A DNA stretch of 64,000 bases, taken from positions 12,708-76,707 of the forward strand of contig JBAXQK010000001.1 in NCBI GenBank assembly GCA_037131775.1. The letters run 5' to 3'. Source of the stretch: Candidatus Uhrbacteria bacterium. GTDB taxonomy: Bacteria > Patescibacteriota > Patescibacteriia > UBA9934 > GWF2-40-263. The notes beneath the pieces were generated by a model. That model was not told where the DNA came from. It did no database searches and saw nothing but the letters and a program-made list of their open reading frames with translations. A program made the translations under genes and the position numbers. Positions 9,719-17,761 of this stretch are shown here, in pieces (position 1 is the first letter of the stretch; every line of letters begins with the position of its first letter).

Positions 9719-10284
9719 GGCACGCGTTTTAGGCAATACTCAATTAGTATGGCCGACAAGCGAACCTACGCCCAGCGAGCCGAAACGATCAAGCGCGCAG
9801 TCAGCAAGCGTAGAAAGCGGGTCCGGATGCAGGCCATCGAGTTTCTCGGCGGCAAGTGTCAGATCTGCGGATACGACCGGTGCGTCGACGCTCTCGACAT
9901 CCATCACAAGGATCCAAAGAAAAAGTCTTTCGGCATCTCTGAGGACGGTGTCACTCGTTCCTGGGAACGGGTAAAGGCAGAGATCGAGCATTGCATACTG
10001 ATTTGCGCGAACTGCCATCGCGAGGTTCATGCGGGCATTACGCAGCTTCCAACGGAAACGTTGGAATGAACACAGGGTGAATTGCTGGAAGCCGTCGTCA
10101 GTAATGACATGGTAATCAGCAGCCAAGCCTTTGATCCCAGGACATAAGTCCGCAGGATCATCGGAAGGTTCAGAGACTATCCTTTCGAGGAGTACTTCTC
10201 CGACGTAAGTCGGAGCGGGAAGCGCCCTGCATCCGCAAGGATGATGATATAGTCCACGCTTTTGGGAAACCAAGAGAGTACGTG
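9719..10284 (+). ncRNA. Group I self-splicing intron (IA-like, with P7.1/P7.2), 566 nt, inserted between anticodon positions 35 and 36
   Basis: Exon ends in U, intron ends in G; P AATTGCTGGAA 10080, Q AATCAGCAG 10114, R GTTCAGAGACTA 10168, S ATGATATAGTC 10244; P3 CAGGGT/GCCCTG, P7 GACTA/TAGTC, P8 CATCC-gcaa-GGATG, P2 TTCCAACG-gaaa-CGTTGGAA. Confidence 0.93.
9749..10069 (+). CDS. Intron-encoded HNH homing endonuclease, 106 aa
   Basis: GGKCQICGY, LDIHHKDP, CILICANCHREVH (Zn-finger HNH). Confidence 0.9.
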   Translation: MADKRTYAQRAETIKRAVSKRRKRVRMQAIEFLGGKCQICGYDRCVDALDIHHKDPKKKSFGISEDGVTRSWERVKAEIEHCILICANCHREVHAGITQLPTETLE

Positions 10285-10413
10285 TAATCCATTTGTCGCG
10301 GGTTCGATCCCCGCCCCCGGAGCCAACACAATCTCCCTTTATTTGAGGGGGATTTTGTTATACAGTGGGTGGGAACTGGAACTACGGAAATAACATGAGA
10401 ATTACTAAACGAT

Positions 10414-11649
10414 ATGACTGATCAAACGAAAGATATTCGACACATGATGAGCAAGGTGCCAGAGGTTACGATTTTCTTCTGGGTCATCAAAGTTTTGTGC
10501 ACAACGGTCGGCGAGACGGCATCTGATTTTTTGAACGTGAATCTGAATTTTGGCTTGACGGGAACTTCTATTTTAACAGGGGTATTATTGCTGATCGCGC
10601 TCGTCTTTCAGTTCAGGGCAAAGAAGTACGTCCCAGCGCTTTATTGGATCAATGTCGTGTTGATCAGCATCTTCGGAACACTCGTGACGGACAACCTAAC
10701 TGACAGCATCGGTGTACCCCTCGAAGTGAGCACGATCGTTTTTAGCGTGCTTCTGGCAATCACTTTTGCCGTTTGGTACCGCAGGGAAAAAACGCTTTCC
10801 ATTCACTCGATCTTTACGAAACGCAGGGAGTGTTTTTACTGGTTGACCATCCTCTTTACCTTTGCCCTCGGCACGGCGACCGGAGATTTGATGGCGGAAA
10901 GCCTTGGCCTTGGATACGCGGTCACAGGCGCGATTGTCTGTGCGGTGATCGCTGCCGCCGCCATCGCTTGGCGACTTGGACTCAACTCCATCTTGGCGTT
11001 TTGGATCATCTACATTTTGACACGACCGCTCGGCGCTTCCTTGGGTGATTATCTCTCACAACCTGCGAAATATGGTGGATTGGGATTGGGAGCGACGGTG
11101 ACTAGCGTCATATTCCTGTTGGCAATTCTCGCCACCGTCATGTTCCTTTCATTCACCAAACGTGATTTGGTCGAGGACGCCTCGGTAAGGGAGGAAGAAG
11201 CGAAACAAGGCGGCGCATTGCGGCAGGTTGCGGCGGTGATAGGTTTGTTGGTCTTGGTGTCCGGGGCAGGGTATTACTGGCGTCACACGGCGCTTCAGAA
11301 TGAGGAAAGCGTCGTTTCTGTCCCAACGACAGGGACAAACGGTTCGACGAGTCCAACGCCGCACGTTTCGCCATTGGGCGATCTGTCCGGCTTCCGAACG
11401 ATTACGCAGGACACGCTCGATTTCGTGCTCGCAGGCAAATTCTCAGAGGCAAAGACTCGCGTTTCAGACCTGGAGCATGACTGGGATATTGCGCAGTCCA
11501 AACTGAAACCAATGAACAAGGCGAAGTGGACGGAAATGGATGATGCGATCGATCAAGTATTACGCCAAGTTCGCGCGGTGAATCCAAATGCCGATGCATG
11601 TAAATCGGCCCTGGAGAAACTGCTGGCTATTATTGATTCGAATCAATAA
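10414..11649 (+). CDS. COG4705/DUF347-repeat membrane protein with C-terminal helical extracytoplasmic domain
   Basis: SKVPEVTIFFWVIKVLCTTVGET, FALGTATGD, TRPLGASLGD; AT-richer codon usage. Confidence 0.85.
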   Translation: MTDQTKDIRHMMSKVPEVTIFFWVIKVLCTTVGETASDFLNVNLNFGLTGTSILTGVLLLIALVFQFRAKKYVPALYWINVVLISIFGTLVTDNLTDSIGVPLEVSTIVFSVLLAITFAVWYRREKTLSIHSIFTKRRECFYWLTILFTFALGTATGDLMAESLGLGYAVTGAIVCAVIAAAAIAWRLGLNSILAFWIIYILTRPLGASLGDYLSQPAKYGGLGLGATVTSVIFLLAILATVMFLSFTKRDLVEDASVREEEAKQGGALRQVAAVIGLLVLVSGAGYYWRHTALQNEESVVSVPTTGTNGSTSPTPHVSPLGDLSGFRTITQDTLDFVLAGKFSEAKTRVSDLEHDWDIAQSKLKPMNKAKWTEMDDAIDQVLRQVRAVNPNADACKSALEKLLAIIDSNQ

Positions 11650-11738
11650 ACCAAATGCGCCACCATGAGGACTGGCATCACCAAATGCCCTTCATACCCA
11701 GAAATCGCGGTTCTAACGTCGTCCACGACGCGGAGCCA

Positions 11739-11770
11739 CAAGAATCGCTGGAATTTTCCAGTGATTTTTG
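11739..11770 (+). terminator. Probable intrinsic terminator
   Basis: AAGAATCGCTGGAA-tt-TTCCAGTGATTTTT. Confidence 0.5.
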
Positions 11771-11807
11771 TTATCGTTGAGCAAGAAATCTGGTTCGTAA
11801 ATACACT

Positions 11808-12335
11808 ATGAAACTCTACCTTGTTCGCCACGGCCAGACCACTGGCGATATCGAAGATCGCTACGGTGGCAGCTATGATGACCACATGACGGAAAAGGGA
11901 CGCGAGCAGCTTGGGGTTACTGCGCAGAGGCTGGTCGGGAAGGGGATCGAGGTTGTCTTTTCAAGCCCGCTCGTTCGCGCCCGTGAGAGCGCCGAGATCA
12001 TCAGTCAGGCCGTCGGCGCGCCCGTGCAAATTGTCGAAGGGTTGGAGGAGAGGGACTATGGGGTTCTCACCGGCCTTACGAAAAATGAAGCGCGGGAGAA
12101 ATATCCCGATGTCGTCGAATCGCACAAGGATTATCTGTCCACCGACCCGGAGGGCGAAAGCTATGATGATTTTAACCGCCGCGTCGTCGATACGCTCAAG
12201 GACATTCTGACGAGGAACGACGCGATCGTCGTCATCGTTTCTCATGGCGGTCCTATCAAGATAATTCTGAGGCACCTTGGCCAGCCCGCACCCGACAAAC
12301 TCGACGACGGGCACATTATTGAGCTGATCTCGTGA
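11808..12335 (+). CDS. Histidine phosphatase (phosphoglycerate mutase) family protein
   Basis: LVRHGQT, SSPLVRARES, LEERDYG, GES, VSHGG. Confidence 0.92.
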   Translation: MKLYLVRHGQTTGDIEDRYGGSYDDHMTEKGREQLGVTAQRLVGKGIEVVFSSPLVRARESAEIISQAVGAPVQIVEGLEERDYGVLTGLTKNEAREKYPDVVESHKDYLSTDPEGESYDDFNRRVVDTLKDILTRNDAIVVIVSHGGPIKIILRHLGQPAPDKLDDGHIIELIS

Positions 12336-12379
12336 CGCTTTCCACCCTTTGAGAAATGCCAAACAACGAATCCCGCCCT

Positions 12380-12847
12380 ATGCTTACCGAGCTCTCAACC
12401 GATTGGATCGATGTCGCGGGATTATTCGCTCTCCTTGCCGGCTTTGTCATCGGACTGGGTGCGGTGACCGTGATCGATATACACGGCTTTTTGGGGCGGA
12501 CATCATCGTACTGGACCGAGGCGACTACCAGAACGCACAAGGTCACCAAGCCGATGATCTGGGTTGGCATTTTTCTTGTCGTCGTCGGTGGTTGCATTTT
12601 CTACCGCGCGCAGACCTTTTCCGGCATCCCGCGGATGCACGCGTTGATTGCGTTCGCCCTCATTGCCAACGGATATTTCCTGTCCTGCAAGGTCAGTCCA
12701 TTTTTGCTGGAACGTGAGAAGGCCGGTCGATCGGGAGAGCTGTTGCCGACCGTCTGGCAGAAGAAAATCACGATGAGCCTCATCGTCTCCGATCTCGGTT
12801 GGTGGGGCGGCCTGTTCCTGCTGGTCATCTACCTCCTGGGCCGATAA
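12380..12847 (+). CDS. Hypothetical 4-TM membrane protein
   Basis: Hydrophobic helices; CCTATG start at 12380 (alternative 12356). Confidence 0.7.
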   Translation: MLTELSTDWIDVAGLFALLAGFVIGLGAVTVIDIHGFLGRTSSYWTEATTRTHKVTKPMIWVGIFLVVVGGCIFYRAQTFSGIPRMHALIAFALIANGYFLSCKVSPFLLEREKAGRSGELLPTVWQKKITMSLIVSDLGWWGGLFLLVIYLLGR

Positions 12848-12851
12848 GCAT

Positions 12852-13364
12852 ATGAAGAAAAAGACGATCAGGGTGAACGATGCCTTCCAGAAGGGGTACG
12901 CGTACGAGCTCACCGAACCGCCCGGACGGAATTTTCATTCCGACTTCGAGCCGGAACTTACGCCGAAGGAAATGCTCGCGCTCGGTGTTTTTGGCGGCAA
13001 GTATATGACCGATTGCAAGCGCGAATTTCCAAAAAGTTGGTTTGCGCGCGCAAAACTTTCTCCCGAACGCCACGACGACACGCTGAATTTTTTCCGCAGG
13101 CATGCCAGCCAGCCTCTCAGCGTCTGGGTGGAAAAGGGATGGATCAACGCGGAGCACGATCCGCGCGGATGGTTTCAATGGTATTGCCGCTACTATAGGG
13201 GCAGGCGGCTGCCGGGCGAGGACGAACGGCAGATCAAGCGTTGGAAAGCGATCCGCCGTCACCTCGCTCAGGTCAGGAAATACTGCCAACCCGGAGATTT
13301 TTCGTGCCGATCCGCGCAGAGGCAGGCGCTTTTGCATTGGGCGTACGATAGCAGGAAGGTTTGA
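12852..13364 (+). CDS. Conserved Arg/Trp-rich hypothetical protein
   Basis: GVFGGKYM, DPRGWFQWYCRYYRGRR, DERQIKRW, QRQALLHWAYD motifs; function not assignable. Confidence 0.75.
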   Translation: MKKKTIRVNDAFQKGYAYELTEPPGRNFHSDFEPELTPKEMLALGVFGGKYMTDCKREFPKSWFARAKLSPERHDDTLNFFRRHASQPLSVWVEKGWINAEHDPRGWFQWYCRYYRGRRLPGEDERQIKRWKAIRRHLAQVRKYCQPGDFSCRSAQRQALLHWAYDSRKV

Positions 13365-13437
13365 CGCGTTCTTCTCGAGGCGAGCAATCCAAGAGTTCGC
13401 GAACGGGGTCGCATGAAGTGTGCTATCATTGGGATCT

Positions 13438-13746
13438 ATGGGAATAATCACGTACCTAAGGTCGTTCCGCTTCGGTGAATACGCCATTTTCGATTTCACC
13501 GTTTCGTTCGTTGCCGTCTATCTGCTCGCGCCGTATCTTTCAAGACTCGGCAGGAAATTCAACCTCGATATTTCGAGACGGTCTTGGCTCTATCTGACAT
13601 TGCCGATCAGCGTGGTCGTCCACCTGGTCTTCGTCACCTTCACGCCGATGACCCGAAACGTTCTCGATCTTCACGGACATTATCTCCTGAAGGTCATCAT
13701 GGTTGGGTTGATTGTGTTGGGCGTAAAGGATATTAAACAGACCTAA
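13438..13746 (+). CDS. Small hypothetical membrane protein
   Basis: 3 TM segments; TATCAT -10-like box 8 nt before the ATG. Confidence 0.65.
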   Translation: MGIITYLRSFRFGEYAIFDFTVSFVAVYLLAPYLSRLGRKFNLDISRRSWLYLTLPISVVVHLVFVTFTPMTRNVLDLHGHYLLKVIMVGLIVLGVKDIKQT

Positions 13747-13759
13747 GGAAACCCACCCT

Positions 13760-14158
13760 ATGTTCCTAAAAATCTACTCGATCGCGGTTTCCGTGTTTTT
13801 TGCGATGGACATGCTGTGGCTTGGCGTCGTCTCAAAGGACTTTTATCGTGCGCGAATTGGCGCGCTGATGAAGCCGGATGTCAATTGGGTCGCGGCGGTC
13901 ATCTTTTATCTCATCTTTGTCTTCGGCCTCGTCACGTTCGTGATCAAGCCCGCCTTGGAAAAGGGCGATTGGACGCGAGCCCTGCTTCTTGGCGCGCTGT
14001 TCGGCCTTGTGTCTTACGCGACCTACGACCTGACAAACCTGGCAGTCGCGAAGGACTGGCCGCTTTCGGTTACTCTCGTCGACCTGGCGTGGGGCGCCGT
14101 ACTGGCGTCGTCGGTCTCGACTGTCACGTACCTTGTCGCAAAGAAAATCGGGCTGTAA
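13760..14158 (+). CDS. DUF2177 family membrane protein
   Basis: DMLWLG, YATYDLTNLA, DLAWG. Confidence 0.88.
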   Translation: MFLKIYSIAVSVFFAMDMLWLGVVSKDFYRARIGALMKPDVNWVAAVIFYLIFVFGLVTFVIKPALEKGDWTRALLLGALFGLVSYATYDLTNLAVAKDWPLSVTLVDLAWGAVLASSVSTVTYLVAKKIGL

Positions 14159-14173
14159 TACGCGCCAAGAACT

Positions 14174-14518
14174 ATGCGCATCTGGGACGTTCACCCGAAA
14201 TACCTTTGCCGGAAGCATCTGCTCGGAGAGCACCGTGAGCTTCACGGGCTTTGGAATATCCTGACCAAGCACGAGGGGAAGGGCGGATACTCTCGTCATC
14301 CCGAAACGCTGCGCTGGGTCGGAAAACAGAAGGCGCTCTATCTGCGACATGGGGCATTGGTGCGAGAATTTTCCCATCGCGGGTATCGGCATAAAACTCC
14401 TCTGGACGAAACATTGGCTAGCGGAGCGGACTCTCAGAGGGAATTCATTAACTCCGTGAAGGAACAGAGGGAAATCCTAAGGCAAAAACCATGCGAATGC
14501 TTTTTGAAAACTGGATAA
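14174..14518 (+). CDS. Pyrimidine-dimer DNA glycosylase / T4 endonuclease V family
   Basis: MRIWDVHPKYLCRKHLLGEHRELH, GYSRHPETLRW, RGYRH. Confidence 0.85.
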   Translation: MRIWDVHPKYLCRKHLLGEHRELHGLWNILTKHEGKGGYSRHPETLRWVGKQKALYLRHGALVREFSHRGYRHKTPLDETLASGADSQREFINSVKEQREILRQKPCECFLKTG

Positions 14519-14533
14519 TCGCAAAATGATCCT

Positions 14534-14971
14534 ATGCCGACCCCCGCCTATAACTGGTACTCCCAGCTCATCAGACCGTCGTGGGCTCCTCCGTCCTGGC
14601 TCTTCGGGCCGGTCTGGACGGTGCTTTATGCCGTAATCGCCGTTTCTTTTGGCACGGTATTTTATAAGGCGTTTTCCAAGCAGATCCCGTGGGTCGTGGC
14701 GCTCCCGTTCGCGCTGAACATTGCGTTCAACCTTGCGTTCACGCCACTCCAGTTCGGCCTGAAGAACAATCTCCTGGCCGCGGCGGACATCCTTCTCGTG
14801 CTCGGGACGCTGGTCTGGGCCCTCTTTGCGATCTATACGTTCGGGCTCAAACTCCACATCGAGACCGGCGCGCCCACGTACGCCTGGATCGTCTACGCGA
14901 ACATTCCGTATCTCCTCTGGGTCTCGTTTGCGACGGCGTTGCAGCTGACGATCACGTATTTGAATCGGTAA
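14534..14971 (+). CDS. tspO: TspO/MBR tryptophan-rich sensory protein
   Basis: WYSQLIRPSWAPPSWLFGPVWTVLY, PYLLWVSFATAL. Confidence 0.92.
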   Translation: MPTPAYNWYSQLIRPSWAPPSWLFGPVWTVLYAVIAVSFGTVFYKAFSKQIPWVVALPFALNIAFNLAFTPLQFGLKNNLLAAADILLVLGTLVWALFAIYTFGLKLHIETGAPTYAWIVYANIPYLLWVSFATALQLTITYLNR

Positions 14972-15111
14972 CGAGCCACGTGCGGGTTCTCGTGCCATTC
15001 GTAGGACGTTACGGCTGGCATCGCTTTCCTGATGGACGAGATGCTGGCCAAATTCCTGCCGCGTGCATCTTCGGATATCGCGAAGGAGTAATCGTGGTAC
15101 ACTGTCCGCAT

Positions 15112-16266
15112 ATGGACAAGCGCACGACAGCCCAAGTTTCCGTCGCCGTCCTTGCCGTCGTGGCAATCGCCGCAGGGGTCGCCGTGTATTGCCTTGTGCC
15201 CAACCGGACGGTTACGGCGACGGCGACGACCGTTCCCGCGGTCGTCGTGGAGCCTTCCGTCGACCAGCCTCCCGCGCCTCCGCTCCCGCCTCCACCGCCT
15301 CCGCTCGATACCGTGGCGTACGACGCGAAGCTCAAGCAGCTCGCCCACTTCGTCGAACCGACCGTCGAGATCGTCGATGAGGTTGCTATCGACCGCCCCC
15401 AACCCCTCCCCCCTATGAGGGGGGGAGACGAGGCGAATGGACCGGCTTGGCCCGTCCACGCCGCGTATCCGAACCCGGGTGCGATCCTGCCGTTCAATCG
15501 AATCGTCGCGTACTACGGGAACTTCTATTCGCGGGGGATGGGCGTGCTTGGGAAGTATGATCCCGACGAGATGCTTCGTCGTCTCGACGTCGACGTGAAA
15601 TCGTGGGAGGCGGCGGATCCGACGACGCCGGTCGTTCCCGCGATCGATTACATCACCGTGACGGCGCAGCTGAGCCCGGGGGTCGATGGCAAGTATCGGT
15701 TCCGCATGCCGGATTCTCAGAAGGACAAGGCGGTCGAACTGGCCGTGAAGATTAACGGAATCGTCATACTGGAGGTTCAGGCTGGATTGTCGGACATGAT
15801 GGTCGAGGTGAAGAAGCTCGAGCCGTACCTTAAGCTCCCGAATGTCCATCTCGCCATCGACCCGGAGTTCGCGATGGTCGCGTCCGGCAAGCGCCCGGGA
15901 ACCGTGGTCGGAACGGTCGACGCGTCGACGGTCAACGCCGCCGCCGAGTATCTCGCGCAGCTCGTCCGGGACAACAACCTCACGCCGAAGGTCCTGATCG
16001 TCCACCGCTACACCCGCGCCATGGTCACGAACGCGACGAGCATCGTCCCGCTCCCGGAGGTCCAGATCGTCATGGACATGGACGGCTGGGGCCCGCAGGC
16101 GCAGAAGATCGACTCGTACCAGGCCTACATCCAGGCGGAGCCGGTCCAGTTCACCGGGTTCAAGCTGTTCTACGTGAACGACTTTCAGCGCGCCGGATCG
16201 CGGATGCTGACCCCGCAGGAGGTACTCGAGCTCACCCCGTCGCCTTCGTTCATTCAGTATCAATAG
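15112..16266 (+). CDS. Membrane-anchored protein: Pro-rich linker plus conserved hydrolase-like domain
   Basis: N-terminal TM, poly-Pro, RIVAYYGN, HLAIDPEF, MDMDGWG, GFKLFY. Confidence 0.75.
   Translation: MDKRTTAQVSVAVLAVVAIAAGVAVYCLVPNRTVTATATTVPAVVVEPSVDQPPAPPLPPPPPPLDTVAYDAKLKQLAHFVEPTVEIVDEVAIDRPQPLPPMRGGDEANGPAWPVHAAYPNPGAILPFNRIVAYYGNFYSRGMGVLGKYDPDEMLRRLDVDVKSWEAADPTTPVVPAIDYITVTAQLSPGVDGKYRFRMPDSQKDKAVELAVKINGIVILEVQAGLSDMMVEVKKLEPYLKLPNVHLAIDPEFAMVASGKRPGTVVGTVDASTVNAAAEYLAQLVRDNNLTPKVLIVHRYTRAMVTNATSIVPLPEVQIVMDMDGWGPQAQKIDSYQAYIQAEPVQFTGFKLFYVNDFQRAGSRMLTPQEVLELTPSPSFIQYQ
15389..15428 (+). repeat. CCCCTCC..TATG..GGGG palindromic element, copy 1 (in frame in CDS)
   Basis: 32 of the first 37 nt match the reverse complement of 20485-20524. 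Confidence 0.8.
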
Positions 16267-16345
16267 GAAACGCACGGAAAGATCGCTGGCGAGTGCCGGT
16301 GATCTTTGTTATGCTGGCGAAGAATTATCTCATGAACGTACCGTT

Positions 16346-16810
16346 ATGAAACTCTCCTCGCGCATTGTCTCCTCTGTTTTCGTTCTCTCCACCGTCATTC
16401 TTCTTGGTGCGGGATGTTCGCGCTCGTTCGAATCGTCCGCGTCGGATTCACCCGATTACATGACGTCGCCCGATTATCCGGCCAAGACGATCTCCCGATC
16501 GGACGCGATCGACCAGTATTGGTACCAGATTGCGCGAAACGTGAACGGGAACGCGTCCGTTCAGGCATACTCGTCCGTGTCCGGAAGCACCTATACGCTC
16601 GACGCGGACATATCCGGTGCCTACGTCGACGCCCTGCACAACGGCGAGGGCGACACGCTGACGTTCACCGCGGAAATCCGCGAGGATGGCACCGCGTCCG
16701 GGACCGACCAGTACGGCAACACCTGGGAGTTCACCCTCGACATGAACGCGCCCATCGTCGAATCGGCCGTCCAGTCGTGGGCGGGCGAGAACGGGTACGT
16801 GATCGAGTAG
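16346..16810 (+). CDS. Putative lipoprotein
   Basis: Signal ending LLGAGC; acidic beta-rich body. Confidence 0.7.
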   Translation: MKLSSRIVSSVFVLSTVILLGAGCSRSFESSASDSPDYMTSPDYPAKTISRSDAIDQYWYQIARNVNGNASVQAYSSVSGSTYTLDADISGAYVDALHNGEGDTLTFTAEIREDGTASGTDQYGNTWEFTLDMNAPIVESAVQSWAGENGYVIE

Positions 16811-16944
16811 AGGTGCGATTTTTCTAACGTTGCGCGGACAGCCGTTCGGATATGCGAACGGGGTACCCACGCACCCGGTTTCGGATGCCTTTGTCTCATC
16901 GGGCGCGAGCTCTCCTCTCGTCGCCTTATAGTCCGAAACAGAAA

Positions 16945-16975
16945 CGGGACCCGATTGCTCGGGTCCCGCTTTTTT
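16945..16975. terminator. Intrinsic terminator between convergent genes
   Basis: CGGGACCCGA-ttgc-TCGGGTCCCG-CTTTTTT. Confidence 0.75.
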
Positions 16976-17546
16976 AGTTCATTGCCAGCAGGACCGGATC
17001 GGCCTGCGCGATCGCGAGCGGGGTTTCCCACAGGCGTTTTCCATTCCGGATGGCCTTTGCGGCATAGCCGTTTCCGGCGTTGCACGAGTTGTGGCACTGG
17101 ACGGCGTACTTCACGAAGTCCGGGTATCCATGGGCTTCCAAATAATTCACCGTCCAGGTCGCGGAACAGACGATGTCTTCCGCGCAGGTCGTGGTGATTT
17201 TGTGCATCTTGTAGTGGATTTGGAAGTATCCGCGGGCAAGTCCGTGGTCGCCGACGGCGGTCGAAATGTTGTTGGACTCGATCCAGAGCATTCCGAGCAG
17301 CGTCTTGGCACAATCCTCGCCGTAGCCCTTCGCCTCGCAGACGGACAGCAGGGCTTCCTGGACGGTCGGAACCGGGGGCGTCACGGGGACGTCCGGTCCG
17401 AGACTGGGGTCCTCTGACAGGGAAGAGACGGAGTCGGCGATCGTCTGGACGATGGCCGCCGGGGCCTGGATCGGGGTCGTTTCGGTAACAACCGCCTGGC
17501 CCGGCATCATCGTGATGAGCATAAGGGCCGCAATGGCGTTCATCAT
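16974..17546 (-). CDS. Secreted lysozyme-fold/lytic transglycosylase-like protein
   Basis: Signal peptide, Pro/Thr linker, LWIESNN and GDHGLARGYFQI (catalytic E-S and G-x-F-Q motifs). Confidence 0.7.
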   Translation of the reverse strand: MMNAIAALMLITMMPGQAVVTETTPIQAPAAIVQTIADSVSSLSEDPSLGPDVPVTPPVPTVQEALLSVCEAKGYGEDCAKTLLGMLWIESNNISTAVGDHGLARGYFQIHYKMHKITTTCAEDIVCSATWTVNYLEAHGYPDFVKYAVQCHNSCNAGNGYAAKAIRNGKRLWETPLAIAQADPVLLAMN

Positions 17547-17627
17547 AGGTGAATGGTCAGGTGGAGTTAGTTCTGCGGCGAACAATGGCCGCCAATCAAA
17601 ACGACCGCATTACACGGTCGGAGAGGT

Positions 17628-17656
17628 AATCTACCAGATTTAAGGGATTCTGTCAA
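17628..17656 (-). promoter_or_regulatory. Sigma70 promoter
   Basis: TTGACA-17 nt-TAGATT with extended TG. Confidence 0.65.
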
Positions 17657-17761
17657 GAGGGAGAGATAGATATTTAGGCTAACTAAAGCAAAAAAGACGA
17701 TTTCACAAACGTCCTAAAATCCGCTATACTACGCCTGCTTTCATTCCTCGACCTTCCCGCT

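Larger units (their letters stand above)
9685..10325 (+). tRNA. tRNA-Asn(GTT), split: exon 1 9685-9718, exon 2 10285-10325
   Basis: Acceptor TCCGGGG/CCCCGGA plus G-CCA, D stem GCTC/GAGC, anticodon stem GTGGA/TCCAT, joined loop CT-GT|T-AA, T arm GCGGG-TTCGATC-CCCGC. Confidence 0.95.

Noticed and set aside
9685-9760. tRNA-His(GTG) read from the unspliced sequence CT-GTG-GC
   Set aside because: No 3' anticodon stem or T arm follows; only the spliced Asn form completes the cloverleaf
10326-14971. Prophage or integrative element at the tRNA
   Set aside because: No integrase, no phage genes and no duplicated tRNA 3' end found
14975-15070. Hairpin-rich spacer as SRP or 6S RNA
   Set aside because: No SRP domain IV motif and too short for 6S; stems are plausible by chance at this GC
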